A stretch of 64,000 nucleotides of DNA from Alphaproteobacteria bacterium (GTDB lineage: Bacteria > Pseudomonadota > Alphaproteobacteria > UBA828): NCBI GenBank assembly GCA_963422645.2, contig CAXXVO010000008.1:512001-576000 (forward strand), given 5' to 3'. This document shows, piece by piece, positions 1 through 9,387 of this stretch; within the stretch, counting starts at the first letter, position 1; the number at the start of each line of letters is the position of its first letter. Below the pieces are notes generated by a model that saw only the letters and a program-made list of their open reading frames with translations, did no database searches and was not told the DNA's origin. The translations under genes and the position numbers were made by a program.

Positions 1-2
1 TG

Positions 3-926
3 GACCCCGGGGCTGGCGAGGTCCGGATCAGGGTCGAGGCGATCGGCCTCAATCGGGCCGAGGTCATGCTGCGCGAGGGCATCTACCACGAGCAGCCGGT
101 CTTCCCCTCCCGCATCGGCTACGAGGCCGCCGGCGTGGTGGAGGCCGTGGGTGCCGGCGTGACGAGGGTCAAGGAAGGCGACCGCATCGCCACGGTCCCG
201 TCCTTTGCGCTCTCCCAGACCCGCCAAGGCGTCTACGGCGAGAGTGCCACCGTGCCGGCGGAGATCGCCGAGCCTTACCCCGCAGCGCTTTCGCCGGCCG
301 AGGGCGCGTCTCTCTGGATGGCTTACCTCACGGCCTACGGCGCGCTGGTCCACTACGGCAACCTCGGCCCCGACGACGCCGCGATCGTCACCGCGGCGAG
401 CAGCAGCGTCGGCCTCGCCGCGATCCAGATCGCCCGCGCCAGCGGCGCCACCGTGATCGCGACCACCCGGACCGCGGCCAAGAAGGAGGCGCTCCTCGGC
501 CTCGGCGCCGATCACGTCGTGGCGACCGATGAGGAGGACCTGCCCGCCCGGGTCATGGCGATCACCGGCGGGGCCGGAGCCCGCGTGACCTTCGATCCGA
601 TTGCGGGACCGCTGCTGACCACGCTCTGCGGCGCGGCAGCGCCCTATGGCACCATCTACGAGTACGGCGCCCTCTACCCCGGCGAGACCGCCTATCCGCT
701 CATGCCAATGCTGGCGAAATCGCTCACCATCGTCGGCTACCAGGTGCTCGACTTCGTGCGCGACGAGGCCCGCTTCGCGGCAGGGCGCGACTACCTCTTC
801 GAAGGCCTTGAGAGCGGCGCGCTCAAGCCCGTGATCGACCGCGAGTTCCCACTGGAGCAGATCGTGGAAGCCCACCGTCACATGGAATCCAACACCCAAT
901 GCGGCAAGATTGTCGTCACGGTGTGA
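3..926 (+). CDS. MDR-family zinc-binding dehydrogenase / NADPH:quinone oxidoreductase (5'-partial)
   Basis: Frame open from window start (DPGAGEVRIRVEAIGLNRAE); GYEAAG motif, TAASSSVGLAAIQ nucleotide-binding motif, C-terminal GKIVVTV. Confidence 0.9.
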   Translation, partial: DPGAGEVRIRVEAIGLNRAEVMLREGIYHEQPVFPSRIGYEAAGVVEAVGAGVTRVKEGDRIATVPSFALSQTRQGVYGESATVPAEIAEPYPAALSPAEGASLWMAYLTAYGALVHYGNLGPDDAAIVTAASSSVGLAAIQIARASGATVIATTRTAAKKEALLGLGADHVVATDEEDLPARVMAITGGAGARVTFDPIAGPLLTTLCGAAAPYGTIYEYGALYPGETAYPLMPMLAKSLTIVGYQVLDFVRDEARFAAGRDYLFEGLESGALKPVIDREFPLEQIVEAHRHMESNTQCGKIVVTV

Positions 927-958
927 CCGCCACCGCCAATTATCGAGCCTCTTTGCCC

Positions 959-979
959 TTATCGCAATTTTGCTATAAT
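959..979 (+). promoter_or_regulatory. Extended -10 promoter (TGcTATAAT) overlapped by an imperfect palindrome; probable autorepression operator of the TA operon
   Basis: TTATCGCAA-TT-TTGCTATAA at 959-978; TATAAT at 974-979, just upstream of the toxin ATG. Confidence 0.65.
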
Positions 980-990
980 TACGGTGACTG

Positions 991-1320
991 ATGGAGTGGT
1001 CCGTCGAGACGCTGAACGAAACCGTAGACCAAGAGCTTCAGTCTTTGCCCGTCGATATGCGGGCGCGGTTCTCTCGCATTTGCCAGTTGGTTGCCGTCGT
1101 TGGCCTGGACCGCATGGGTGCACCGCATGTTCGGCATCTGAGCGGCCCGCTTTGGGAAATGCGTATGAGCGGCAGGGCCGGGATATCCCGTGCTCTCTAC
1201 GTGGCGAACAAAGAGGACAGGCGCGTCGTGGTGGTGCGGGCGTTCGTGAAGAAAACCCGGAAGACGCCCCGCCGGGAAATCGATTTGGCGTTACGTCGTG
1301 CCAAGGAGTTGACCAGATGA
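991..1320 (+). CDS. higB: Type II TA toxin, RelE/HigB (Gp49-like) family
   Basis: 109 aa; PHVRHL..PLWEMR and AFVKKTRKTP..EI.LA motifs; toxin-first gene order. Confidence 0.85.
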   Translation: MEWSVETLNETVDQELQSLPVDMRARFSRICQLVAVVGLDRMGAPHVRHLSGPLWEMRMSGRAGISRALYVANKEDRRVVVVRAFVKKTRKTPRREIDLALRRAKELTR

Positions 1321-1595
1321 CCAAGGTAGCCGAGTTGCACGAGAAATGGAGCCGGGAGTCGGATTACCGCGAAGCCTATGATCGGCTCGATCCGGCGTTC
1401 GAATTCTCCCGTTGTCTGATTGAGGCCCGCACTCGTGCCAAGCTCACTCAGGCGGAGCTTGCTGAGCGCATGAAGACGACGCAGTCGGTCATCGCCAGGC
1501 TCGAAAGCGGCCGCAATCGACCGTCGACGAGAACACTGGAGAGGGTCGCGCAAGCAACCGGCACCAGGCTTCGCATCAGCTTTGACCCGGCTTGA
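1317..1595 (+). CDS. higA: Type II TA antitoxin, XRE-family HTH (HigA-like)
   Basis: ATGA overlap with toxin stop; LTQAELAERM.TTQS.IARLESG HTH. Confidence 0.85.
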   Translation: MTKVAELHEKWSRESDYREAYDRLDPAFEFSRCLIEARTRAKLTQAELAERMKTTQSVIARLESGRNRPSTRTLERVAQATGTRLRISFDPA

Positions 1596-1694
1596 CGATC
1601 AGCCTAGGAGCATCCCGCGTTGACCGGGCTTCCGTGGCGGTGAGACACTAGGCGCGCCTGGGGGCGGCGCGAAGTCCCCGCGGAGGATGACGCG

Positions 1695-3455
1695 ATGACA
1701 AGCAGCACGAACGGACGCAATGGCGGTGGTTTCGAGACCGACGTGGTGACCCGCGAGATCGTGCGCGGCAAGCTGCTGGCGGTGGCGGACGAGATGGGCG
1801 TGGTACTCGCGCGGAGCAGCATGAGCCCGGTGATCTACGAGGTGCTCGACTTCGCCTGCGGCTTTTGCGACGCGGACGGCGAGCTCGTCTCCCAGACCAA
1901 CGGGATCACGGTCTTCACCGGCACCTTCTCGATCCAGATCAACATCATCAAGGAGAAGTTCGCGGGCCGCATCCGGCCGGGCGACATCTACATGCTCAAC
2001 GACCCCTTCCACGGCGGCACCCATTACAACGACGTCGGCGTTGTAAAGCCGGTGTTCGTGGACGGCGAGCTCTTCGCCTTCGCCATCTCGATCTCGCACT
2101 GGACCGACATCGGCGGCAAGGCGCCCGGCTCGCTGCCGGCGGACGCGACCGAGATATTCCAGGAGGGCATCTGCTTCCCCGGCATCCACGTCTACAAGGA
2201 GGGCGAGCGACAGGACGCCATCTTCGAGATGATCGCCGCCAACGTGCGCCTGCCGAAGATGGCGCTCGGCGATCTCAACGCGGCGCTGGCATCGGTGCGC
2301 ATCGCCGAGAATCGCTGCCTCGAGCTTTGTGAGAAGTACGGCAAGCAGGCGGTCGCGGAGACCTTCCGCCATATCCTGGAGACCAGCGAGCGGGTAAGCC
2401 GCGAGGCCGTCGCCGCGCTGCCGGACGGCACCTACGAGGCCGAGGACTGGATCGATGGCGACGGCATCACCGAGGAGCGCTTCCGTACGAAGGTGGCTGT
2501 CACCATCGAGGGCGATGACATCACCGTCGACTACACGGGCTCCTGCGACCAGCTTCAGGGGCCGGTCAACTGCTCGCGCTCGGCCCTCGTCTCGGCGGTG
2601 AAGACGGTCTTCAAGGCGATCGTCGATCCCCAGTCGCCCTCCAACGAAGGTTGGTTCCGGCCGCTGAAGGTCGAGGCGCCGGACGGCACGGTGTTCACCG
2701 CGACCAAGCCCGCACCGGTCGGCTGGTACTACGAGGGCACCGGCCAGGCCTCCGAGCTCGCGTGGAAGGCGCTCGCCCCCATCGCGCCCAAGCGGGTCAG
2801 CATGGGCAGCGCGAACAGCCTCTGCGTGACCGTCCTCGGCGGCCACGACCGCGTCAAGGGCGAGCCCTGGGTGATGATCGAGCCGAGCATGGTCGGCTGG
2901 GGCGCCACCGACGAGCGCGACGGCAACTGCGTGACCAGCGCCATCACCAACGGCGATACCTTCAACTATTCCATCGAGCTCCTGGAGGCGAAGTTCCCGG
3001 TCCGGGTCAACCAGTATGCGCTCAACACGCCGGGCGGCGTCGGCGCCGGCCGCCATCGGGGCGGCTACGGCTCGATCCGCGAATACGAGATTCTGACCGA
3101 CGACGCCGTGCTTTCGGCAAGCTACGGCCGCTCGATCGAGAAGCCGTGGGCGCAGGAGGGCGGCGGCGAGGGCTCCTGCAACTACTTCGAGCTCCATGTC
3201 GGCAACGACGCCCGCCGGGCGGCGCGGGCACCGACCACGATCATGAAGCGGGGCGACATCATCCGCATGTTCACCGGCGGCGGCGGCGGATATGGAGACC
3301 CCTTCCGGCGGCCTGCCGAGGAGGTGCTTGCGGAAGTCCGCGCGGACTACATCTCCGCCGAGCGCGCCCGCGAGGACTACGGCGTGGTCGTCGCGGCGGG
3401 TGGCCGCGCCGTCGACGAGGAAGCGACCGCCAAGCTGCGCGCCGCAGCCGCCTAG
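1695..3455 (+). CDS. Hydantoinase B / 5-oxoprolinase family protein
   Basis: NDPFHGGTHYND, HWTDIGG, FQEG, GGGGGYGDP motifs. Confidence 0.92.
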   Translation: MTSSTNGRNGGGFETDVVTREIVRGKLLAVADEMGVVLARSSMSPVIYEVLDFACGFCDADGELVSQTNGITVFTGTFSIQINIIKEKFAGRIRPGDIYMLNDPFHGGTHYNDVGVVKPVFVDGELFAFAISISHWTDIGGKAPGSLPADATEIFQEGICFPGIHVYKEGERQDAIFEMIAANVRLPKMALGDLNAALASVRIAENRCLELCEKYGKQAVAETFRHILETSERVSREAVAALPDGTYEAEDWIDGDGITEERFRTKVAVTIEGDDITVDYTGSCDQLQGPVNCSRSALVSAVKTVFKAIVDPQSPSNEGWFRPLKVEAPDGTVFTATKPAPVGWYYEGTGQASELAWKALAPIAPKRVSMGSANSLCVTVLGGHDRVKGEPWVMIEPSMVGWGATDERDGNCVTSAITNGDTFNYSIELLEAKFPVRVNQYALNTPGGVGAGRHRGGYGSIREYEILTDDAVLSASYGRSIEKPWAQEGGGEGSCNYFELHVGNDARRAARAPTTIMKRGDIIRMFTGGGGGYGDPFRRPAEEVLAEVRADYISAERAREDYGVVVAAGGRAVDEEATAKLRAAAA

Positions 3456-3469
3456 CGCGCGGGTCGATC

Positions 3470-5515
3470 ATGGGCCGGCTCGCGTCCGATATCGGCGGCA
3501 CCTTCACCGATCTGGTCTACTTCGACGATGCGCAGGGCTCGCTGCGCACCGCTAAATCCCTCACCACGCCGGGGGACCTGACCCAGGGCGTGATCGATAC
3601 CGTCAAGCTCTCGGACCTCGCGCCCGACGAGGTGGATTTCTTCGTCCACGGCGGTACCACGGTCATCAACGCCATTACCGAGCGCAAGGGCGCCCGGACG
3701 GCGCTGGTCACGACCGCCGGCTTTCGCGACGTGCTGGAGATTCAGCGCGGCAACCGGCCGGACCTCTACAATTTACGCTTCGAGAAGGAGCGCCCCTTCG
3801 TGCCCCGCCTGCTGCGCTTCGAGGTGCGCGAGCGGGTGGATGCGGCAGGCAACGTGCTGCGGCCTCTGGAGAAGTCGGACCTCGGCCTCGTCGTCGCCCG
3901 CTGCCGGGAGGAGAAGGTCGAGGCGATCGCGATCCAATTCCTCCACAGCTACGTGGCACCCCGGCACGAGGCCGAGACCGCCGCCCATCTGCGGGAGCGC
4001 CTGCCGGGCGTGAGCATCACCGCCTCTCACGAGATCACCCGCGAGTGGCGCGAGTACGAGCGCGCCAACACGGCGGTGCTCAACGCCTACGTGCAGCCCA
4101 TCGTTCAGACCTACTTCGGCCAGCTGGAGCAGGCGCTGGGCGGTGCCGACATCCGCTGCGCCTGCGCCGCCATGCAGTCCAACGGCGGCACCACCAGTTT
4201 CTCATGGGCCAAGGAACACCCCATTACCCTCATGGAATCGGGGCCGGCGGCGGGCTGCAACGGCGCCGCCATCGTGGGCAACCTCTGCGACGAGCCCCGG
4301 GTCATCTATCTCGACATCGGCGGCACCACCGCGAAGTGCACCACCATCGAGGACGGCACGCCCAAGGTGACCACCGAGTACCGGCTGGAGTACAGCCGCA
4401 CCCAGTTCGGTTACCCGCTGCGCGTGCCGGTGGTGGATATCGTGGAAATCGGGGCGGGCGGCGGCTCCATCGCCTGGTTCGACAAGGCGGGGCACTTGAA
4501 AGTGGGGCCGGTCTCCGCCGGCGCCGATCCGGGGCCCGCCTGCTACGGGCGGGGCGGCACCGAGCCGACCGTGACCGACGCCAAGCTCATCACCGGCGTC
4601 ATCAATCCCACCAACTTCGCCGGCGGGCAGTTCGACCTCGACGAGGGCAAGGCCCGCGCCGCCTTGGAGAAGATCGCGAGCGGCCTGGGCGTTGACGTGG
4701 TGGAAGCGGCGGTCGCGGTCATCCGCACGGTAGAAGCCAACATGATCAACGCGCTGAAGCTGGTCTCGATCCAGCGCGGCCACGACCCGCGCGACTTCGC
4801 CCTGGTCGTGGGCGGCGGCGGTGGGCCCATGCACGGCGCTCCCTTGGGCCGCGAGCTCGGCGTGAAGGAGATCATCGTGCCGCTCTACCCCGGCCTCTTC
4901 TCCGCCTGGGGCATGCTGGCTACCGAGCCTCGGCGCGATTTCATGCAGACCGTGCTGCGCCGCGACGAGGAGGTGGAGGCGGGCGACGTGCGCGCGGTCT
5001 TCGCCGGCCTCAAGGAGGAGGCGGAGCGCTATTACCAGACCGACGCCCACATGGGGGAGGCGGAGATCGCCTACGAGGGCCGCATCGACCTGCGCTATCT
5101 GGGGCAGGAGCACCCGGTAACCGTGCTCGTGGACATCGAGGCCGCCGAGGTCGACTCAATTCTCGCAGCCTTCCACGACGCGCACGAGAAGACCTACACC
5201 TTCCGCCTCGACGACACCCCGGTCGAGTTCGTGACCTACCGGCTTACCGCGTCCGCCAAGGTCCCGCGGCCGGAGATAACGAGGCTTGCCCCGAACGGGC
5301 GCTCGATCGAGGCGGCAGCGCGGCCCGCGCGCATGGCCGATTTCGCGGAGGACGGGCGCCACGAGGCTGCGGTCTACGAGCGGGACCGGCTGCCGCCCGG
5401 CGCGGAGCTGGCTGGGCCGCTGATCGTGGAAGAGGCCACCGCCACCACGCTCGTGCATCCCGGCCAGACGCTCCAGGTCGACGACTACGGCTTCCTGCGC
5501 ATCACCGACGCCTGA
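3470..5515 (+). CDS. Hydantoinase A / 5-oxoprolinase family protein (intact copy)
   Basis: Starts MGRLASDIGGTFTD; HGGT, ESGPAAG, DIGGTT, SAGADPGPACYG motifs. Confidence 0.92.
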   Translation: MGRLASDIGGTFTDLVYFDDAQGSLRTAKSLTTPGDLTQGVIDTVKLSDLAPDEVDFFVHGGTTVINAITERKGARTALVTTAGFRDVLEIQRGNRPDLYNLRFEKERPFVPRLLRFEVRERVDAAGNVLRPLEKSDLGLVVARCREEKVEAIAIQFLHSYVAPRHEAETAAHLRERLPGVSITASHEITREWREYERANTAVLNAYVQPIVQTYFGQLEQALGGADIRCACAAMQSNGGTTSFSWAKEHPITLMESGPAAGCNGAAIVGNLCDEPRVIYLDIGGTTAKCTTIEDGTPKVTTEYRLEYSRTQFGYPLRVPVVDIVEIGAGGGSIAWFDKAGHLKVGPVSAGADPGPACYGRGGTEPTVTDAKLITGVINPTNFAGGQFDLDEGKARAALEKIASGLGVDVVEAAVAVIRTVEANMINALKLVSIQRGHDPRDFALVVGGGGGPMHGAPLGRELGVKEIIVPLYPGLFSAWGMLATEPRRDFMQTVLRRDEEVEAGDVRAVFAGLKEEAERYYQTDAHMGEAEIAYEGRIDLRYLGQEHPVTVLVDIEAAEVDSILAAFHDAHEKTYTFRLDDTPVEFVTYRLTASAKVPRPEITRLAPNGRSIEAAARPARMADFAEDGRHEAAVYERDRLPPGAELAGPLIVEEATATTLVHPGQTLQVDDYGFLRITDA

Positions 5516-5731
5516 CTAGGATTTCTCACAGGGCTACGACCTGCGTCGCGCGTGACGCAGGCAAGAGATGTTTGCTCGCTATACGCCGAATGGAAGGACG
5601 ATGACCGATGCCGGATAGCACTTCCCTCTTCGAGCGTGCCATTCCCCTGCTCGCCTCGCTGGATATCGGGGCCTCGCTCGACCACTTCAACAAGCTCGGT
5701 TTCGAAGCGCACAACTTCGGCGACAACTACG
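4423..5731 (+). repeat. 1309-bp direct repeat, copy 1 (abuts one end of IS1634)
   Basis: Matches 7655-8963 at offset 3232; both junctions fall exactly at the IS inverted repeats. Confidence 0.95.
5608..5731 (+). pseudogene. 5' fragment of VOC/glyoxalase gene cut by IS1634
   Basis: Matches the first 124 bp of 8840-9235 and ends at the IS terminus. Confidence 0.9.
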
Positions 5732-7654
5732 CCTGACTTCGACGGTTGATTCGCGTAAGTATTTGAAATTGGCCGGTTCTCATTTCCGGCCAGGCACTAC
5801 ATCCGGCGGCGCTGCGAGACCGGGCCGGGTTTCGTCGGCGGTCAGTCGAGCTGGTACGGGGTGATCGTCAGGGGCAGCCCCATGGTCGCATAGATCTGTT
5901 CCGCCGCCGGTGTCGGCTTGGAGGGGATGACGTAGCGGTTGCCTGATTGGCGGCAGCGCAGGACCGAGCATTGGCGGTGGACGAGGGCGGAGCGGATGAC
6001 TTCCGGGGACATCCGCCGCTTCTGGATGGCGACGCGGTAGGCGAGGTGGCGGACGCAGGCGAAGGCCATGAAGGCGATGGCGATGTGGGCGCGGATCCGG
6101 TCCGGGTTCCAGTGCCAGATGGGGCGCACCCGCAGGTCGTGCTTGGTGATCCGGAAGCTCTCCTCGACCTGCCAGAGCCCGTGGTAGTGAGACATCACTT
6201 CGGTGACGCTGGCGTCGCGCAGATTGGTGATGACGCCGGCGAGCCCGTCCCATCGCTCGGCCTCGGCGATCTTCTCCGGGTTCACCGTGAGCCGGGCTTC
6301 GCCCTCGACGGCGATGAAGCGCTTCGCCCCGTGATTGGAGAGCAGCTCCTTCGGATTGTCGCTGCGGGCCAGCCTGTCGAGCAGGCGCTCCACCTGCTTG
6401 CGGCGCTCGTGTGCGTCCGTGCGCGCGCGCACGGGGCAGAAGACGACGATCAGGCGCCGGCCCTTGTGCTCCCATTCGCCGACCCGGCGCTTCTCCGGGC
6501 CCTCCAGCGGGGCATAGGTGCCCGGGTCGAGAATCTGCTTCCGCAGCGCGAGCGGCAGCTTGCGCAGCCGCGCGCCGACGACGTACTCGCCGCCGATCGT
6601 GTCCATGGCGTCGAGGTTGTCGGCGCTCAGCATGCCCCGGTCGGCCACGCACACCGTGCGCTCCACCTGGTGGCGGCGCTGCATGTCCTGCAAGACCGGG
6701 ACCAGGCTGTGCCCCTCGTAGGTGGCGCCGGGAAAGACCTCGTAGCCGATCGGCAGCCCTTCGCGCGTCACCATCAATGCCAGCAGGACCTGCGAGTCCT
6801 TGTGCTTGCCGTCCTTGCTGAAGCCGTGCTGGCGAAGCTCGTCCTCAACCGCGGTCTCGAAGTAGAGCGTGGTGCAATCGAAGAAGAGGAGCGCGACCGG
6901 CTCCGGCAGCAGCGATCGGCTCGCCTCGCCCACCTGCGTGCGCAGACGCTCGATCACGGTCGCGCCGAGTTGGTCCATCATGCGGTAGACCTTCTCAAGG
7001 GGAAGGCTCACGCCGAAGTCCTCCTCGAGCCGGCGCACGCTGCCCCGCTTGCTGTCGGGGTTGGCGATGCGTGCCATCACCACGTGGAACAGCGCGTCGT
7101 GCGAGGCCCGGTAGCGCGATCGCGGCAGCAGCGCATCGAGGCCCAGCAGGCGGTACATCTCGCCGTAGACCTCGTGGACGCCAGTGATCAGGCGCTGCTC
7201 CTCTTCGAGTTGCTTGAGATCGACCGGGAGTTCCTGCTTGCCGTCGCCCTGGCGTCCGACGCGGATCACCTGGTCTGCGATCTTCTCGGGCGCAAACAGC
7301 AAAGGCTGGCGCTGGTCCTCCAGCTTCGCCTTGACGTACTCGCCGAGCTGCCTCAGGCGCTCGATCTCGTCCTCGTCCATGGCCACGCCGATGTGGCGAA
7401 CGATGCGCTGTCGGACCTTGCCGCCGTCGCGCACGGCCTCGACGAGCTGGACCGAGCGTCGCGGGCTGTTGGGCGTGGTCTTGATGCGAACGAACACGGG
7501 GAAAGTGTAGCGCGCGGCGGGGGTATCGACAACCACATATACCTACTAGGCACTACAAAGCGGCTTGACCGCACCGCAACTTCTAAGTCATTGTCTTTGC
7601 AGAAAACTCCAGACGGGAGATCAGCCAAAATCCGGCCCAACCGTCGAAGTCAGG
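5732..7654 (-). mobile_element. IS1634-family insertion sequence (1923 bp)
   Basis: Perfect 17-bp terminal IRs CCTGACTTCGACGGTTG (5732-5748) / CAACCGTCGAAGTCAGG (7638-7654); single DDE transposase. Confidence 0.92.
5842..7497 (-). CDS. IS1634-family DDE transposase
   Basis: Probable GTG start (VFVRIKTTPNSPR); FFDCTTLYFE, GFSKDGK, VADRGM, YHGLWQVEESFR..K..L..RPI.H motifs. Confidence 0.92.
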   Translation of the reverse strand: MFVRIKTTPNSPRRSVQLVEAVRDGGKVRQRIVRHIGVAMDEDEIERLRQLGEYVKAKLEDQRQPLLFAPEKIADQVIRVGRQGDGKQELPVDLKQLEEEQRLITGVHEVYGEMYRLLGLDALLPRSRYRASHDALFHVVMARIANPDSKRGSVRRLEEDFGVSLPLEKVYRMMDQLGATVIERLRTQVGEASRSLLPEPVALLFFDCTTLYFETAVEDELRQHGFSKDGKHKDSQVLLALMVTREGLPIGYEVFPGATYEGHSLVPVLQDMQRRHQVERTVCVADRGMLSADNLDAMDTIGGEYVVGARLRKLPLALRKQILDPGTYAPLEGPEKRRVGEWEHKGRRLIVVFCPVRARTDAHERRKQVERLLDRLARSDNPKELLSNHGAKRFIAVEGEARLTVNPEKIAEAERWDGLAGVITNLRDASVTEVMSHYHGLWQVEESFRITKHDLRVRPIWHWNPDRIRAHIAIAFMAFACVRHLAYRVAIQKRRMSPEVIRSALVHRQCSVLRCRQSGNRYVIPSKPTPAAEQIYATMGLPLTITPYQLD

Positions 7655-8747
7655 CGTGCCGGTGGTGGATATCGTGGAAATCGGGGCGGGCGGCGGCTCC
7701 ATCGCCTGGTTCGACAAGGCGGGGCACTTGAAAGTGGGGCCGGTCTCCGCCGGCGCCGATCCGGGGCCCGCCTGCTACGGGCGGGGCGGCACCGAGCCGA
7801 CCGTGACCGACGCCAAGCTCATCACCGGCGTCATCAATCCCACCAACTTCGCCGGCGGGCAGTTCGACCTCGACGAGGGCAAGGCCCGCGCCGCCTTGGA
7901 GAAGATCGCGAGCGGCCTGGGCGTTGACGTGGTGGAAGCGGCGGTCGCGGTCATCCGCACGGTAGAAGCCAACATGATCAACGCGCTGAAGCTGGTCTCG
8001 ATCCAGCGCGGCCACGACCCGCGCGACTTCGCCCTGGTCGTGGGCGGCGGCGGTGGGCCCATGCACGGCGCTCCCTTGGGCCGCGAGCTCGGCGTGAAGG
8101 AGATCATCGTGCCGCTCTACCCCGGCCTCTTCTCCGCCTGGGGCATGCTGGCTACCGAGCCTCGGCGCGATTTCATGCAGACCGTGCTGCGCCGCGACGA
8201 GGAGGTGGAGGCGGGCGACGTGCGCGCGGTCTTCGCCGGCCTCAAGGAGGAGGCGGAGCGCTATTACCAGACCGACGCCCACATGGGGGAGGCGGAGATC
8301 GCCTACGAGGGCCGCATCGACCTGCGCTATCTGGGGCAGGAGCACCCGGTAACCGTGCTCGTGGACATCGAGGCCGCCGAGGTCGACTCAATTCTCGCAG
8401 CCTTCCACGACGCGCACGAGAAGACCTACACCTTCCGCCTCGACGACACCCCGGTCGAGTTCGTGACCTACCGGCTTACCGCGTCCGCCAAGGTCCCGCG
8501 GCCGGAGATAACGAGGCTTGCCCCGAACGGGCGCTCGATCGAGGCGGCAGCGCGGCCCGCGCGCATGGCCGATTTCGCGGAGGACGGGCGCCACGAGGCT
8601 GCGGTCTACGAGCGGGACCGGCTGCCGCCCGGCGCGGAGCTGGCTGGGCCGCTGATCGTGGAAGAGGCCACCGCCACCACGCTCGTGCATCCCGGCCAGA
8701 CGCTCCAGGTCGACGACTACGGCTTCCTGCGCATCACCGACGCCTGA
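7655..8747 (+). pseudogene. Duplicated 3' half of hydantoinase A gene
   Basis: Translation matches the C-terminal 363 aa of 3470-5515; N-terminal half absent. Confidence 0.9.
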
Positions 8748-8963
8748 CTAGGATTTCTCACAGGGCTACGACCTGCGTCGCGCGTGACGCAGGCAAGAGA
8801 TGTTTGCTCGCTATACGCCGAATGGAAGGACGATGACCGATGCCGGATAGCACTTCCCTCTTCGAGCGTGCCATTCCCCTGCTCGCCTCGCTGGATATCG
8901 GGGCCTCGCTCGACCACTTCAACAAGCTCGGTTTCGAAGCGCACAACTTCGGCGACAACTACG
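7655..8963 (+). repeat. 1309-bp direct repeat, copy 2
   Basis: Matches 4423-5731; begins immediately after the IS IR. Confidence 0.95.
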
Positions 8964-9235
8964 GTATCGCCGTCCGCGAGCACATCGAGATCCACTTCTG
9001 GCTTTGCACGGACAAGAGCGTCGCCGAGAACACCTCCTGCTACGTCCGTGTGAACGACATTCGCGCGCTGCGCGCAGACCTCGCCAGACGCACCGACGTG
9101 GGCGAGGTCGTCGAAACCTCCTGGGGCATGGACGAACTCTATGTGTGGGACCCGACCGGCAGCCTGGTGAAGTTCGGTCAAGTGACGGACAGGCTGATCC
9201 GGGCGGAAGCCGTGAAAGAGGCGCCTTCGGACTAA
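8840..9235 (+). CDS. VOC / glyoxalase / bleomycin-resistance family protein (intact copy)
   Basis: 131 aa; AIPLL, SCYVRV.D, WGM.E.YV.DP.G.L.KFG pattern. Confidence 0.85.
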   Translation: MPDSTSLFERAIPLLASLDIGASLDHFNKLGFEAHNFGDNYGIAVREHIEIHFWLCTDKSVAENTSCYVRVNDIRALRADLARRTDVGEVVETSWGMDELYVWDPTGSLVKFGQVTDRLIRAEAVKEAPSD

Positions 9236-9350
9236 GGCGCGTCCGTCCTTGACGGATGCGCCACAGGCCGCGACCGCGGCCCGCCGCTAATGCGGCGCGC
9301 CCGCGCAGGCACCGGCCCTAGGCCGGCTGCCGTGAGCGACAAATAGCAAA

Positions 9351-9387
9351 AGCGTTTCCGTATGAATCGGAAACGCTCTAGATCGCG
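9351..9387. repeat. Short palindromic repeat, copy 1; possible terminator between convergent genes
   Basis: AGCGTTTCCG-TATGAAT-CGGAAACGCT-CTAGATCGCG; near-identical to 55637-55676. Confidence 0.7.

Noticed and set aside
921-1650. higBA as a mobile cassette bounded by inverted repeats (ACCGCCAC / GTGGCGGT)
   Set aside because: The match is only ~8 bp in GC-rich DNA; no TSD or attC-like structure.
2651-3469. N-terminal extension making hydantoinase A 954 aa
   Set aside because: Overlaps hydantoinase B out of frame; the family motif starts at ATG 3470.
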